Origin: Acidobacteriota bacterium
GTDB taxonomy: Bacteria; Acidobacteriota; Aminicenantia; Aminicenantales; Aminicenantaceae
Direction of reading: 5' to 3'
Assembly: GCA_030669585.1 (NCBI GenBank)
Contig: DAOVDI010000001.1
Location: 994 to 64,993, forward strand
Length of the DNA: 64,000 bases
Notes under the pieces: generated by a model
What the model saw: only the letters and a program-made list of their open reading frames with translations
The model's database searches: none
What the model was told of the DNA's origin: nothing
Program-made: the position numbers and the translations under genes
Shown: positions 47,183-57,022 of the stretch, piece after piece
How positions within the stretch are numbered: position 1 is the first letter of the stretch
How the letters are laid out: each line of letters opens with the position of its first letter

Positions 47183-47191
47183 TTGTTCAGG

Positions 47192-48319
47192 CTACCCTGA
47201 ATTATTCAGGATGTTGTAGGCCCAGTCGATCCATTGACATATAGCCTCAATATCAGACGTCTCGATCGTAGCGCCGCACCAGAATCGAAGACCCGGAGGA
47301 GCATCCCGGTAAGCTCCGCAGTCATTGGCCACTTCTTCCTCGGCCAGTAGTTTCACCATCTCTTTCACTTTTTCCGCAGGCAAATCCACGGTAAAGCATA
47401 CACTGGTATTGGAACGGATATCTTTGCTTTCCGCCAGAAAATCGATCCAGTCATGAGACGCGACAAAATCCTCAAATGCAGCCAGGTTGGCATTGCTGCG
47501 TTTGATCAGTCCCTGGAGCCCGCCGACCGATTCTGTCCATTTTAAAGCAGCCAGATAATCCTCGTTGGCCAGCATGGATGGCGTATTGATGGTAGAGCCC
47601 TTGAAGATCCCTTCATTCAACTTTCCGCCCTTGGTCATCCGGAAGATCTTGGGCATGGGCCAGGGAGGCGCATAGGATTCAAGACGCTCCACTGCTCTCG
47701 GAGACAGGATCAGAATACCATGGGCCGCTTCTCCTCCCAGAACCTTCTGCCAGGAGTAGGTGATCACATCCAGTTTCTCATAGGGGATATCCATGGCGAA
47801 TACCGCGGATGTGGCATCACATAGAGTTAGACCCTCACGGTTATCCGGGATCCAGTCACCGTTGGGAAGCTTGACCCCGCTGGTAGTTCCATTCCAGACG
47901 AAAACAATATCATTGGTAAAATCAGCCTGGGAAAGATCGGGAAGCTTCCCGTAATCCGCACTGAAAACCCGGACACTGTCCAGCTTAAGCTGCTTCTCGA
48001 TATCGGTTGCCCACCCTTTGGAAAAGGATTCCCAGACAAACACATCCACACCTCTGGGACCGAGAAGGGACCATATGGCCATCTCAAAAGCGCCGGTATC
48101 AGAGGCCGGGACAATACCGACCCGGTAATTGTCAGGAAGGCCCAGTATCTTTTTTGTTTTATCAATAGCCTCGGCCAATTTTCCTTTCCCAAGACTGCTC
48201 CGGTGAGAGCGGCCCAGAGGCGCATCTTTTAACTCATCCAGGGAATATCCCGGGTGTTTGGCGCATGGCCCGGACGAAAAATTCGGACAATCGGGCTTTA
48301 TATCAGGTTTAGGTTTCAT
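47192..48319 (-). CDS. serC: Phosphoserine aminotransferase (class V aminotransferase, about 370-aa type)
   Basis: N-terminal NFSSGPC, similar to the SerC N-terminus. 375 aa. Confidence 0.65.
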   Translation of the reverse strand: MKPKPDIKPDCPNFSSGPCAKHPGYSLDELKDAPLGRSHRSSLGKGKLAEAIDKTKKILGLPDNYRVGIVPASDTGAFEMAIWSLLGPRGVDVFVWESFSKGWATDIEKQLKLDSVRVFSADYGKLPDLSQADFTNDIVFVWNGTTSGVKLPNGDWIPDNREGLTLCDATSAVFAMDIPYEKLDVITYSWQKVLGGEAAHGILILSPRAVERLESYAPPWPMPKIFRMTKGGKLNEGIFKGSTINTPSMLANEDYLAALKWTESVGGLQGLIKRSNANLAAFEDFVASHDWIDFLAESKDIRSNTSVCFTVDLPAEKVKEMVKLLAEEEVANDCGAYRDAPPGLRFWCGATIETSDIEAICQWIDWAYNILNNSG

Positions 48320-48392
48320 GACATTCTCCTCACAATATGAATAATCCAGAGTAACACAGAAAAAACCGAATTATCAATAAAAAGAACAACGC

Positions 48393-49685
48393 TTAACGAA
48401 ATCGTCTCCAGCCGCCTCTGATCTCACCAAATCTCGGATTGACGACATTGCTGTAGATCGACCCGAATGTAAAACTCAATCCGACCTCCAGGGAGTACTG
48501 GTGCTCGGTCGCCAGTTCCTTGCGGCGGAGCAGGATCTCTTCCAGAGTTGCTTCTCCAAACGGTAGTGAAAGCTGATCGTGAATGACTTCATAACGTCCG
48601 TCAATTTCCAGAGAAAGCCCTTTGAAGATCCGGAGTGATAATTCGAGGTCAAATTCAAGCCTGTTTTTTGAAAAGTCATGAAAATAGTTTGAACCCTCCA
48701 GGGAAGCTTCCACATTTCCCCACGGCTCTCTCATCTCGAAAGTAATATCAAGAGATTGCCCGAACAGATGCTCGGACTTTTTTTCATAAATAGTTACTTC
48801 ACGATAATTGGCATAGTTGTGGGCCAGCTTATAGAGAAAACGCAGCTGCCTTCGCGTCGACTGCGAATAAGGGAAAAAATTATATTCAATAGCCAGAGCC
48901 GGATTGATGCTGAAGTGAATATTCCGGTATGTCGAAGATGATAAATTCAGAAAACCGCCAACAGACCAGTGGTCATTGATGCTTTTGGCATAAAGCCCGC
49001 TGAAACTTTCCATCTCTGACGTACTGGTGACTAATTCATCTTCATAATCATACTTCCTCTGGTCAAAATTGGCGGAAATACCCATGCGCAGCTTGGACGC
49101 CGGCGTGACTCTATTAACGGAAATATTTCCATAAATGGATTTGGCGCTTTTCTGCGCCTCGCCATTGAGACGTCCGTTCATACTGGCGCTGAACACCCAG
49201 AAGTTCCATTTATCAACAACCGCAGTCGGCTGTACTTTCGAGCGAAAGGATACTCCCAGAAGACTGCATATAGGAGTCCTGGCCGCATAGGGAACAAGCC
49301 CCAGCTTTAAATATCTGACATATTCTCTTCGTATCTCGTCACTTGTTTCTGTTTTATTGGACACATAAACCAGCGTGGTGCTGAGATCGGAAAACCCATT
49401 TTGACCGATAAAAGCGAGGGTATATTCCCGTCCGCCGGCTCCAGTGGTCTGCTGGGTAATCAGAACATGAACATCTGCTTCCTTGCGATCCCTCACATAA
49501 TTCACAAATGGGATCTCAGTTTTTATATAATTCATATCGCACCGCTGGCAGTCGATAAAGACCTTAGGCGCCTGTTTCTTTAACTCATTGACATATTCCT
49601 GCACTGTTCGAACAGCAGAACCAGATACACTTAAAAATCCCAAAAGTAAAAACATCAAAAAAACCATTATCTTCCGGTTCTTCAT
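48393..49685 (-). CDS. Hypothetical secreted or outer-membrane beta-barrel-like protein. The start is revised to the ATG at 49685, which has an AAGGAG RBS.
   Basis: Signal peptide MKNRKIMVFLMFLLLGFLSVSGSA. Beta-rich composition and a C-terminal aromatic residue. Confidence 0.45.
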   Translation of the reverse strand: MKNRKIMVFLMFLLLGFLSVSGSAVRTVQEYVNELKKQAPKVFIDCQRCDMNYIKTEIPFVNYVRDRKEADVHVLITQQTTGAGGREYTLAFIGQNGFSDLSTTLVYVSNKTETSDEIRREYVRYLKLGLVPYAARTPICSLLGVSFRSKVQPTAVVDKWNFWVFSASMNGRLNGEAQKSAKSIYGNISVNRVTPASKLRMGISANFDQRKYDYEDELVTSTSEMESFSGLYAKSINDHWSVGGFLNLSSSTYRNIHFSINPALAIEYNFFPYSQSTRRQLRFLYKLAHNYANYREVTIYEKKSEHLFGQSLDITFEMREPWGNVEASLEGSNYFHDFSKNRLEFDLELSLRIFKGLSLEIDGRYEVIHDQLSLPFGEATLEEILLRRKELATEHQYSLEVGLSFTFGSIYSNVVNPRFGEIRGGWRRFR

Positions 49686-49794
49686 ATAACTCTCCTTTAT
49701 AAACTTCAACGCCATTACTCCTTTTAGACGTAATAAAAATTAGAATCTTCCAGTTGTGAGAAAGACCCGTTCTGATTATAATGAGTAAAATCAA

Positions 49795-51378
49795 ATGAAA
49801 TTAGAAAACGAGGAATTCTGCCTGGAAGAAAGTACCATTCCTCCCGGCTTCAGGCTGGATACTCCTCAAGATCAGAACTTTTATCTTGTTGAAGGCCGGA
49901 TCCTCCCCTGGAAAGGCAGAGTTATTGATGTATATTCCCCTATCCATATAAAAAAATCCGGAAAGATCACAGAAAAGAAGATCGGGTCCTATCCATCTTT
50001 TACCAGGGCGCAAGTCTTGTCTGCGCTAAAGGCCGCTCTGTCCGCATATGACAACGGCCAGGGCAGATGGCCCGCAGAACCTTTGACCAGCAGGGCTAAA
50101 GCCATTAACAAATTTCTTGATCAATTAGCCGGGAAAAAAAAGAAGATCATAAAAAAATTGATGTGGGAGATCGCCAAACCCTATGTTGAGCTGGAAAATG
50201 AGTTCGAACGGACGATGGAATTTGCACAAACAGTCATCGAAACAGCCAAAAAGAATGATGTTGAAGTGAGGAAAAGAGAGAAAGGCATCATTGGATTCGT
50301 CCGGCATGAAGCATTCGGCGTTGCATTATGCATGGGCCCTTACAACTACCCGTTTTTTGAGACGCTGTCCCTGGTGATCCCGGCGCTCCTCATGGGAAAC
50401 ACCGTAATCGTAAAGCCTCCTAAATTCGGTCTGTTATTTTTCCAGGACCTTCTCAAGGATTTTCGAGACTGTTTTCCCCCAGGAACTGTAAATGTCATCT
50501 TCGGCGACAGCGAGGTTCTCATTCCACCTCTAATGGAAAGTGGGGACATCAATATATTCGCCTTTATCGGGACCAGCCAGACTGCCAATGAGCTGATCTC
50601 GCTTCATCCAAAAAAAAACCGGCTGCAGACACTTCTGGGGCTCGAAGCAAAAAATGCTGCTGTTGTTATGGCTGATGCGGATTGTAAGGCCTCAGTCAAA
50701 GAAGTGCTCCTGGGAGCGCTTGCCTTTAATGGGCAGCGTTGTGCAGCTCTAAAAATCGTCTTTGTAAACAAAGAAATAGTTGAATGTTTTCTTAAGATCA
50801 TGAAAACAGAGATAGCCGGAATCAAAGTGGGAATGCCCTGGCTTAAAGGAGTCAGGATCACGCCATTAGTCGATGCCCAGAGGATTCCGTATTTGAAAGA
50901 TCTGGTTGACGATGCCCGGAGTCATGGAGCCGAAATCCTGAATCCAAATGGCGGACGATCTTTTCTATCTCTCTTTTATCCGACCATAATTTTTCCCGTG
51001 GATTCCAAAATGCGGATATATCATGAAGAACAATTTGGCCCGATCATTCCCATCATCCCATTTGCCAGTATCGAAACTCCTGTCAAGTATCTCGCTAACT
51101 CATCTTTTGGACAGCAGGTCAGCGTATTCGGCCAGGATATCCCGGCTCTCGCAGACTTCCGGGACCGGGTCAAGTGCCAGGTGGCCCGGGTGAATATCAA
51201 TATCAAATGTCAAAGAGGGCCGGATTCCCTTCCCTTTACGGGAAGAAAAGACTCGGCAAGAGGAGATTTTTCTCCGGACCAGATATGGAAATCCTTTTCC
51301 GTTAGAACAACTGTAGCCCTCAGAGAAGGAGAGCTGGCTGAAAAGCTTATTCCAAGATTATCAGGGAAAACCGGTTAA
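49795..51378 (+). CDS. Aldehyde dehydrogenase family protein, GapN-like (non-phosphorylating)
   Basis: Catalytic Cys context FNGQRCAA and EEQFGP motif. 527 aa. Confidence 0.6.
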   Translation: MKLENEEFCLEESTIPPGFRLDTPQDQNFYLVEGRILPWKGRVIDVYSPIHIKKSGKITEKKIGSYPSFTRAQVLSALKAALSAYDNGQGRWPAEPLTSRAKAINKFLDQLAGKKKKIIKKLMWEIAKPYVELENEFERTMEFAQTVIETAKKNDVEVRKREKGIIGFVRHEAFGVALCMGPYNYPFFETLSLVIPALLMGNTVIVKPPKFGLLFFQDLLKDFRDCFPPGTVNVIFGDSEVLIPPLMESGDINIFAFIGTSQTANELISLHPKKNRLQTLLGLEAKNAAVVMADADCKASVKEVLLGALAFNGQRCAALKIVFVNKEIVECFLKIMKTEIAGIKVGMPWLKGVRITPLVDAQRIPYLKDLVDDARSHGAEILNPNGGRSFLSLFYPTIIFPVDSKMRIYHEEQFGPIIPIIPFASIETPVKYLANSSFGQQVSVFGQDIPALADFRDRVKCQVARVNINIKCQRGPDSLPFTGRKDSARGDFSPDQIWKSFSVRTTVALREGELAEKLIPRLSGKTG

Positions 51379-51458
51379 ACAAAATTATTTGTAAATATTA
51401 ACGGATAAATTCATATATAATATTAAATTAGGATTATTTAAGAGTTGACTGCGGGACA

Positions 51459-54400
51459 ATGACCTCAAAAAATATTAACACACAGGATTGGAGTTCATCC
51501 GCCCTGGAAACCAATTTAAAAAAAACGTCTGCTTATGTTAAGATCCCGGGCAAACATAAACCGCTTCTTAAAATTGTGGAAGGCTCCTTTGGGCGGCACA
51601 AACGGACTCTGGATCTCTTAACAGAACTGCACCATCCCTATGTTAACTGGGAGTATGTCATAGAGGAACTGAAAAGACTCTCTCTCTCTGATTTCTTTTT
51701 TCACAATTCCAGCACTCGGGGCGATAGGGCTATCAGCATAATTATTGATATATACATAGATCTTATCAGCAGGAAAAAGACCGATACTCTAAAGAAAAAG
51801 GCTATCAGATATCTGTTCGAATATCTCCATAAGATCCTGTCTGAAAGCGGTAAAAATCTTTCAAGAAACGCTCCTCTTGTCTGCCGTACCATTCCTTTTC
51901 TTAGCCACACATCCAGGAAGTCTCCTCATCTTTTCAGAAAAAAATCCAAACATATCAAGGATTTTCTTGACAGCCTGAACAAGCTTGACGCGGATATTCC
52001 ATGGAAAGACATGAAAGAACTGCTTCATCAAGTCTTCAAAGAGACATACATATTTTGGCTGGATCAGCCTGATCCTAAATGTTGGATGGATAATTTTCTT
52101 GAAGACAGCAAGGCCCTTGCTGAATTTAAGACTTTGATCTCACCCATCAGTCATGACAATATTCGAGGTTTTGCAGATGAGCTTGAGCTCACACATCGAT
52201 CCGTCAAGGACATGACAGCCTCATCCTTTTCACCCTACCTGCGCCTGCCGGATCATCATCAAATACTGAATGGATATTTGATTACTGCAGATGAGATGGA
52301 AAAATCAGAGATATTAAAAGGCCGTCAGCATTTTACACGGCTCCATTTTTTACTTAAGATCATTTCCTGTCCGGATCTTGCAGATATACACAAGAGAGCC
52401 CTAATCGAGACCAACCGGTCTCTGCATAAAGTTTTTGCTGAAAAAAACCACCGGGAACTGAACGGATTCATAAAAAATATGTTCCTCCTGTTAAAAAAAA
52501 GCGATGTCCGTTTTAAGTACCCGGATACACTTCTCAACTGTATTCTTACAGTGGCCAAACAGGTCTTTAAACTGGGTAATCATAAACTGGCAGATAACTT
52601 TCTCAAGGAAATTATTCAATTCGGTTTTCAGAATCCCAATATCCTGGGTGCCACTCAGGAATGGGAAGTTAAAGCAAATCCTGTCCATATAAAAAATATC
52701 CGAATATGGATGGAAATCATCGCTATGAATCCCCGCTGGTCCAAGAAACTTCTTTCAGCCCTGATCATCAATCTTCATCTGGGAGGAATTTTTGTCCGGG
52801 ACACAGACCTGCTTCAGAAAGATATCTCCGCCCTCTTGAATTCAGAGATCACACCCGCATACAATCTTGTTCTACAGCTTGCCAGGCTTTTCCCGATCTA
52901 TTACAACGAGATCGGAGCAGAAGGAGAGCTTCGGGAAATATCCACAGAAATGGATGAAGTTTCTTCAAGAAACGACAAGCTTATCCACTTTCTGAGGAAA
53001 CAGTCTCATGTGGAAAGCAACAGCTCCATGGTTTCCTTTGTGGAAAACATATTCCGTTTCTGGAGTACAGGGGAAAAAAAGCTTATAAAAAGTTATGTTC
53101 CCCCGGAGGTCTATGAACAGATAACAAATTCAGGCGAATATTTCGATGCAATGCACAGGATTTTTCAAAAGATCTTCCTGAAAACAGATGGAGAGTTCAA
53201 AGAAATCTTGAAATGGGATAAACCAAAAATCCAAAAAATCCTGCAGATATTCAGCAATGTGCCCAATAGAGATAAGGAAAGAGCTATTCTCATTATACGC
53301 TTCTATCAGCTTATATATAAAAAGTACAAGATCAATCACACATTTCTCATCAAGGATCTGGAATCATGTTCCTTCCTGGATCAAGCTAAGATACGATCCC
53401 TGAAACGGTATTTGCAGCGCAAGGAGTTTTACAAAGCGCTGGACATCATCCTGGACTTCCTGGCAGCGCTGAATAAGCGCATTCTTTCACCCGAAAAAAC
53501 ACCGGCCACTGAGAACATCTACCATAAAAGGCATATCGCAGCAGGTATTCCTTCCATGTACGGGACTTATAACGAGGCTAAATTCGAAGCCCTTGGGCTG
53601 ACATTCAGACTGCAAAGTCTGGGAAATGTCCTGTTTGAACAAGCGATCAGTCAGCTGAATTATCAGTTTATAACAAAAAGCATGCTGCGTAAGAGTAATA
53701 CACATCTCTGGCTCTTCATAAAAGCGCTACGGATCGAAGGAGTTTCGACTGAAGGACTGGAGTTCAAGATGAAGTATTATGATAATGCACTCCAGGTCAA
53801 TCTCTTCACTATCGATCAGTACATCGACATCTTCCGCTTTTTATCCAAGGGGATACAGGATATCATCAGGGATTATTACATCGACGCCCACCAGGCGAAT
53901 CTCGCAGTCATCATTCCCCAGTATCTGGAAAAAGAGCCCAGTATCCTGCTGAGGGATAACGCTGAAACACCGGAGGAAGTTTTATACCGAATCTCAGAAA
54001 ACCTCATCCGTTCGATGATCTCATCAGCATTCGGACTGCAGACTCTTGACAATTTCATCAGCAATATCATCAAGACTTTGAGCATTGAAAACGAAAAATT
54101 CAAAGACCACAAACACATGCTCGACATCCTCATGACCTACAACCCGGAGATCACGGTCGTGCCTATCTATAAAAAGATGACGACACTAAACAATCAGATC
54201 CATCTCGGGAACAAGGGCTACTTCCTGAAAAAAATGGCCTGTTCCGATTTTCCAATTCCTCCGGGCTTTATCATCACTACCGAGGTTTTCCGGTGCCTCG
54301 ATGCCGTCCTGGGCCACGAGTACATCACGAAAGACCTGAACGGACGGATCGATGCCGAGATAAAACACCTCACCAGAAAGACTGGAAAGGAACTGGGCAA

Positions 54401-55685
54401 TCCCAAGAATCCTTTACTGCTATCTGTGAGAAGCGGAGCAGCGATCTCTTTGCCCGGCATGATGAATTCCTTCCTGAACGTTGGCATCAACGAAAAGATC
54501 GCAGAAGGACTGAGCCAAAAAAAAGGATTCAGTTGGGCGGCGTGGGACAGTTACAGAAGATTTCTTCAGGTATGGGGCATGTTCGAGGGGCTAAACCGGG
54601 ATTCCTTCGACGCGATCATCCTTCATTACAAGGAAAAATATAATATCTCAAAAAAATTAGAGTTCTCACCTTCTCAGATGAAACAGATCGCACTGGCATA
54701 CAAACAGGAACTCCTTTATCACAACATCGATGTCATAGAAGACCCCCGCGAGCAATTGCGCATTGCCACGCTCAAGGTCTTCGAATCCTGGCACTCCCAG
54801 CATGCCATGATCTACAGGCATGAAATGAATATCTCTGATGAGTGGGGCACTGCGGTTATTGTCCAGGCAATGATATATGGAAATCTTAACACAAAGTCAG
54901 GGTCGGGTGTTGTCTTCACCCGCAACCCAAAAGGACTGTCAAGTTCCGTGCATCTCATCGGGGATTATATTTACGGTGTACAGGGAGATGATATTGTTTC
55001 CGGTCTTGTCGAAACCAACCCGGTCTCCATCCGCCAGTGTAAAATTGAGAAACGGAGATCCGAGACCTCCCTGGAAAAAAGATTCCCACTTGTCTACTCC
55101 AAACTGAAATACTTCGCAAAAGTTCTCATCTACGACGTTGGATTGGATCACCAGGAGATTGAATTCACTTTTGAGAATGAAACACCGGACGGTCTTTATA
55201 TTCTGCAGACACGTGATATGCTGCCCATCGAATCTGTTAAACTGAGACCTTTTGTTAAGTCAACGCAGTTGAAAAAGTCTCTTATAGGAACAGGGATCGG
55301 CATATCCGGAGGCGCTCTATCCGGCCGGGTTGTTTTTTCAAAAAACGAGATCAATTATCACAGAAAACAGGATCCCAAGACCCCGCTCATTCTGATCAGG
55401 CCGGACACTGTACCGGAAGATATAAGTTTGATCCGTCAGGCCGACGGGCTCCTCACAGCCAGAGGGGGAAGCACATCCCACGCCGCAGTCACAATTCCTC
55501 AGTTGAAAAAAACCGGTGTTGTCGGTTTAAAAGACATGAGAGTTCACGAGAAAGAAAAATACATCGAGATTAATAGACATAAGATCCGGAGCGGAGACTA
55601 TGTCAGTATAGACGGCTGGAGCGGATCTGTCTATCTCGGGAAGCATGCCATCGAACCCGAAGCCACATTCAGGATAAAGATCTGA
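51459..55685 (+). CDS. 1408-aa PEP-utilising-family phosphotransferase-like protein. It has a novel roughly 840-aa N-terminal region, a PPDK-type ATP-grasp nucleotide-binding domain and a phospho-histidine swivel domain, with no PEP/pyruvate-binding TIM barrel.
   Basis: The residue 850-1250 region matches the PPDK/PpsA N-domain (LLSVRSGAAISLPGMMNSFLNVG..., FTRNPKGLSS...). The swivel motif TARGGSTSHAAV is near the C-terminus. The protein ends shortly after. Confidence 0.65.
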   Translation: MTSKNINTQDWSSSALETNLKKTSAYVKIPGKHKPLLKIVEGSFGRHKRTLDLLTELHHPYVNWEYVIEELKRLSLSDFFFHNSSTRGDRAISIIIDIYIDLISRKKTDTLKKKAIRYLFEYLHKILSESGKNLSRNAPLVCRTIPFLSHTSRKSPHLFRKKSKHIKDFLDSLNKLDADIPWKDMKELLHQVFKETYIFWLDQPDPKCWMDNFLEDSKALAEFKTLISPISHDNIRGFADELELTHRSVKDMTASSFSPYLRLPDHHQILNGYLITADEMEKSEILKGRQHFTRLHFLLKIISCPDLADIHKRALIETNRSLHKVFAEKNHRELNGFIKNMFLLLKKSDVRFKYPDTLLNCILTVAKQVFKLGNHKLADNFLKEIIQFGFQNPNILGATQEWEVKANPVHIKNIRIWMEIIAMNPRWSKKLLSALIINLHLGGIFVRDTDLLQKDISALLNSEITPAYNLVLQLARLFPIYYNEIGAEGELREISTEMDEVSSRNDKLIHFLRKQSHVESNSSMVSFVENIFRFWSTGEKKLIKSYVPPEVYEQITNSGEYFDAMHRIFQKIFLKTDGEFKEILKWDKPKIQKILQIFSNVPNRDKERAILIIRFYQLIYKKYKINHTFLIKDLESCSFLDQAKIRSLKRYLQRKEFYKALDIILDFLAALNKRILSPEKTPATENIYHKRHIAAGIPSMYGTYNEAKFEALGLTFRLQSLGNVLFEQAISQLNYQFITKSMLRKSNTHLWLFIKALRIEGVSTEGLEFKMKYYDNALQVNLFTIDQYIDIFRFLSKGIQDIIRDYYIDAHQANLAVIIPQYLEKEPSILLRDNAETPEEVLYRISENLIRSMISSAFGLQTLDNFISNIIKTLSIENEKFKDHKHMLDILMTYNPEITVVPIYKKMTTLNNQIHLGNKGYFLKKMACSDFPIPPGFIITTEVFRCLDAVLGHEYITKDLNGRIDAEIKHLTRKTGKELGNPKNPLLLSVRSGAAISLPGMMNSFLNVGINEKIAEGLSQKKGFSWAAWDSYRRFLQVWGMFEGLNRDSFDAIILHYKEKYNISKKLEFSPSQMKQIALAYKQELLYHNIDVIEDPREQLRIATLKVFESWHSQHAMIYRHEMNISDEWGTAVIVQAMIYGNLNTKSGSGVVFTRNPKGLSSSVHLIGDYIYGVQGDDIVSGLVETNPVSIRQCKIEKRRSETSLEKRFPLVYSKLKYFAKVLIYDVGLDHQEIEFTFENETPDGLYILQTRDMLPIESVKLRPFVKSTQLKKSLIGTGIGISGGALSGRVVFSKNEINYHRKQDPKTPLILIRPDTVPEDISLIRQADGLLTARGGSTSHAAVTIPQLKKTGVVGLKDMRVHEKEKYIEINRHKIRSGDYVSIDGWSGSVYLGKHAIEPEATFRIKI

Positions 55686-55694
55686 CCGGCCAGT

Positions 55695-56972
55695 TCATTG
55701 AAGTTTCTTGTGGACATATACGGCCAGGTCGCCCATTCTGTTCGTATAGCTTCCGTACTCATTGTCATACCAGCCGAATATTTTTGCATGAACGACTGGA
55801 ACCTGTATCTTGTCAATGGAAAAAGACTGCGCCATTTCAGACGATATCTGCGGTATCTGCGAGAGGTCAATATCAATGAACGCTGTCCGTGTATGATTGA
55901 ATGAACCTTCGATGACAACAGCGGCGTTTATCTTGGAAACATCGCAGGAAACATTCTGCTCCTCTGAATAAACAAGAAGCTGTTCAGAGTCATTCTCAGC
56001 CGTTTCTTTATAGATCTTATTGATCGCCTTTGCGTCGATCACACAGACCTTCCCTTTATTCGAGAGCTGACACTGGAAGGTCATGTTGAGTATGATCAAG
56101 GATTCTGTCTTTATAGGAACCCTGACCGAGTCGGCCATGAATCCGATTCTTTTCACTTCGGGAACAACAAGGGCCAGCGCCTCTGCTGCGTTTGTGGATG
56201 TCAGAATAATGTTATCCAGAATACTCCTTGATTTCCTGAGATCTTTTGCCCCTGCTTTTGGAACATTGTCTAAAACGCTTTGAGAGTTCGTCACAGCATG
56301 AATGGTCGACATTGATGCCGTTAGGATGGAACTTACATCCATGTGATCCAGAAGGGGCTTGATCATGTGGGCCAGTCCTGTTGTGGTGCATGACGCTGCC
56401 GAGATCAGCGTGTGTTTTCCGCCTTCATAGGACTGGTGATTTATGCCGTAAATCAGTGTTGCCGCATCATCCGGCATGGAAAGACCACTGTTTTTGATCT
56501 TAAATGCAGATGAATTGATCACGACTTTTGCCCCGCCTAAAAAGTGACCCCGGATTGAACCTCTTCCCTCATCGGCCGGCAGAGTGGGATCCCTGAACTT
56601 TCCGGTGCACTCGGCAACCACTTCAACACCGTAGTCCCCCCAGGGGATGTCCCTTGGATTTCTTGCTTCTCTCAGGATCGTCACCGGGATTCCGTCAATA
56701 AGGAGCTGCCCCTTTTTTTCGTCCAGGATCTTGATGATCGGTTTAGCATTGATCCCGAATAGAAAAGTGTGTATCAAGCCATATGTTGAATCCTTCTCCA
56801 GAGTCTGGACCACGGCATTCAAATTTGTTCCGATCTCCCGCCCCTGATTCACCACAATTTCTTTGAAATATTTTCTTCCGATATGATGCCATAAAGTGAG
56901 TTTGCCGATTCTCCCAAGACTGTTGATCCCTAAAACAGGCTTTTTCCCGGCTAAAATATCAACTGCCCCCAT
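55695..56972 (-). CDS. gap: Glyceraldehyde-3-phosphate dehydrogenase, unusually long form with internal insertions
   Basis: Active-site ASCTTTGLAH and C-terminal WYDNEYGSYTNRMGDL. About 90 aa longer than the usual GAPDH. Confidence 0.7.
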   Translation of the reverse strand: MGAVDILAGKKPVLGINSLGRIGKLTLWHHIGRKYFKEIVVNQGREIGTNLNAVVQTLEKDSTYGLIHTFLFGINAKPIIKILDEKKGQLLIDGIPVTILREARNPRDIPWGDYGVEVVAECTGKFRDPTLPADEGRGSIRGHFLGGAKVVINSSAFKIKNSGLSMPDDAATLIYGINHQSYEGGKHTLISAASCTTTGLAHMIKPLLDHMDVSSILTASMSTIHAVTNSQSVLDNVPKAGAKDLRKSRSILDNIILTSTNAAEALALVVPEVKRIGFMADSVRVPIKTESLIILNMTFQCQLSNKGKVCVIDAKAINKIYKETAENDSEQLLVYSEEQNVSCDVSKINAAVVIEGSFNHTRTAFIDIDLSQIPQISSEMAQSFSIDKIQVPVVHAKIFGWYDNEYGSYTNRMGDLAVYVHKKLQ

Positions 56973-57022
56973 TTTCAGCTCCTTTAAATATTGGATACAT
57001 TTCTAACTTAGATTTTTACTTC

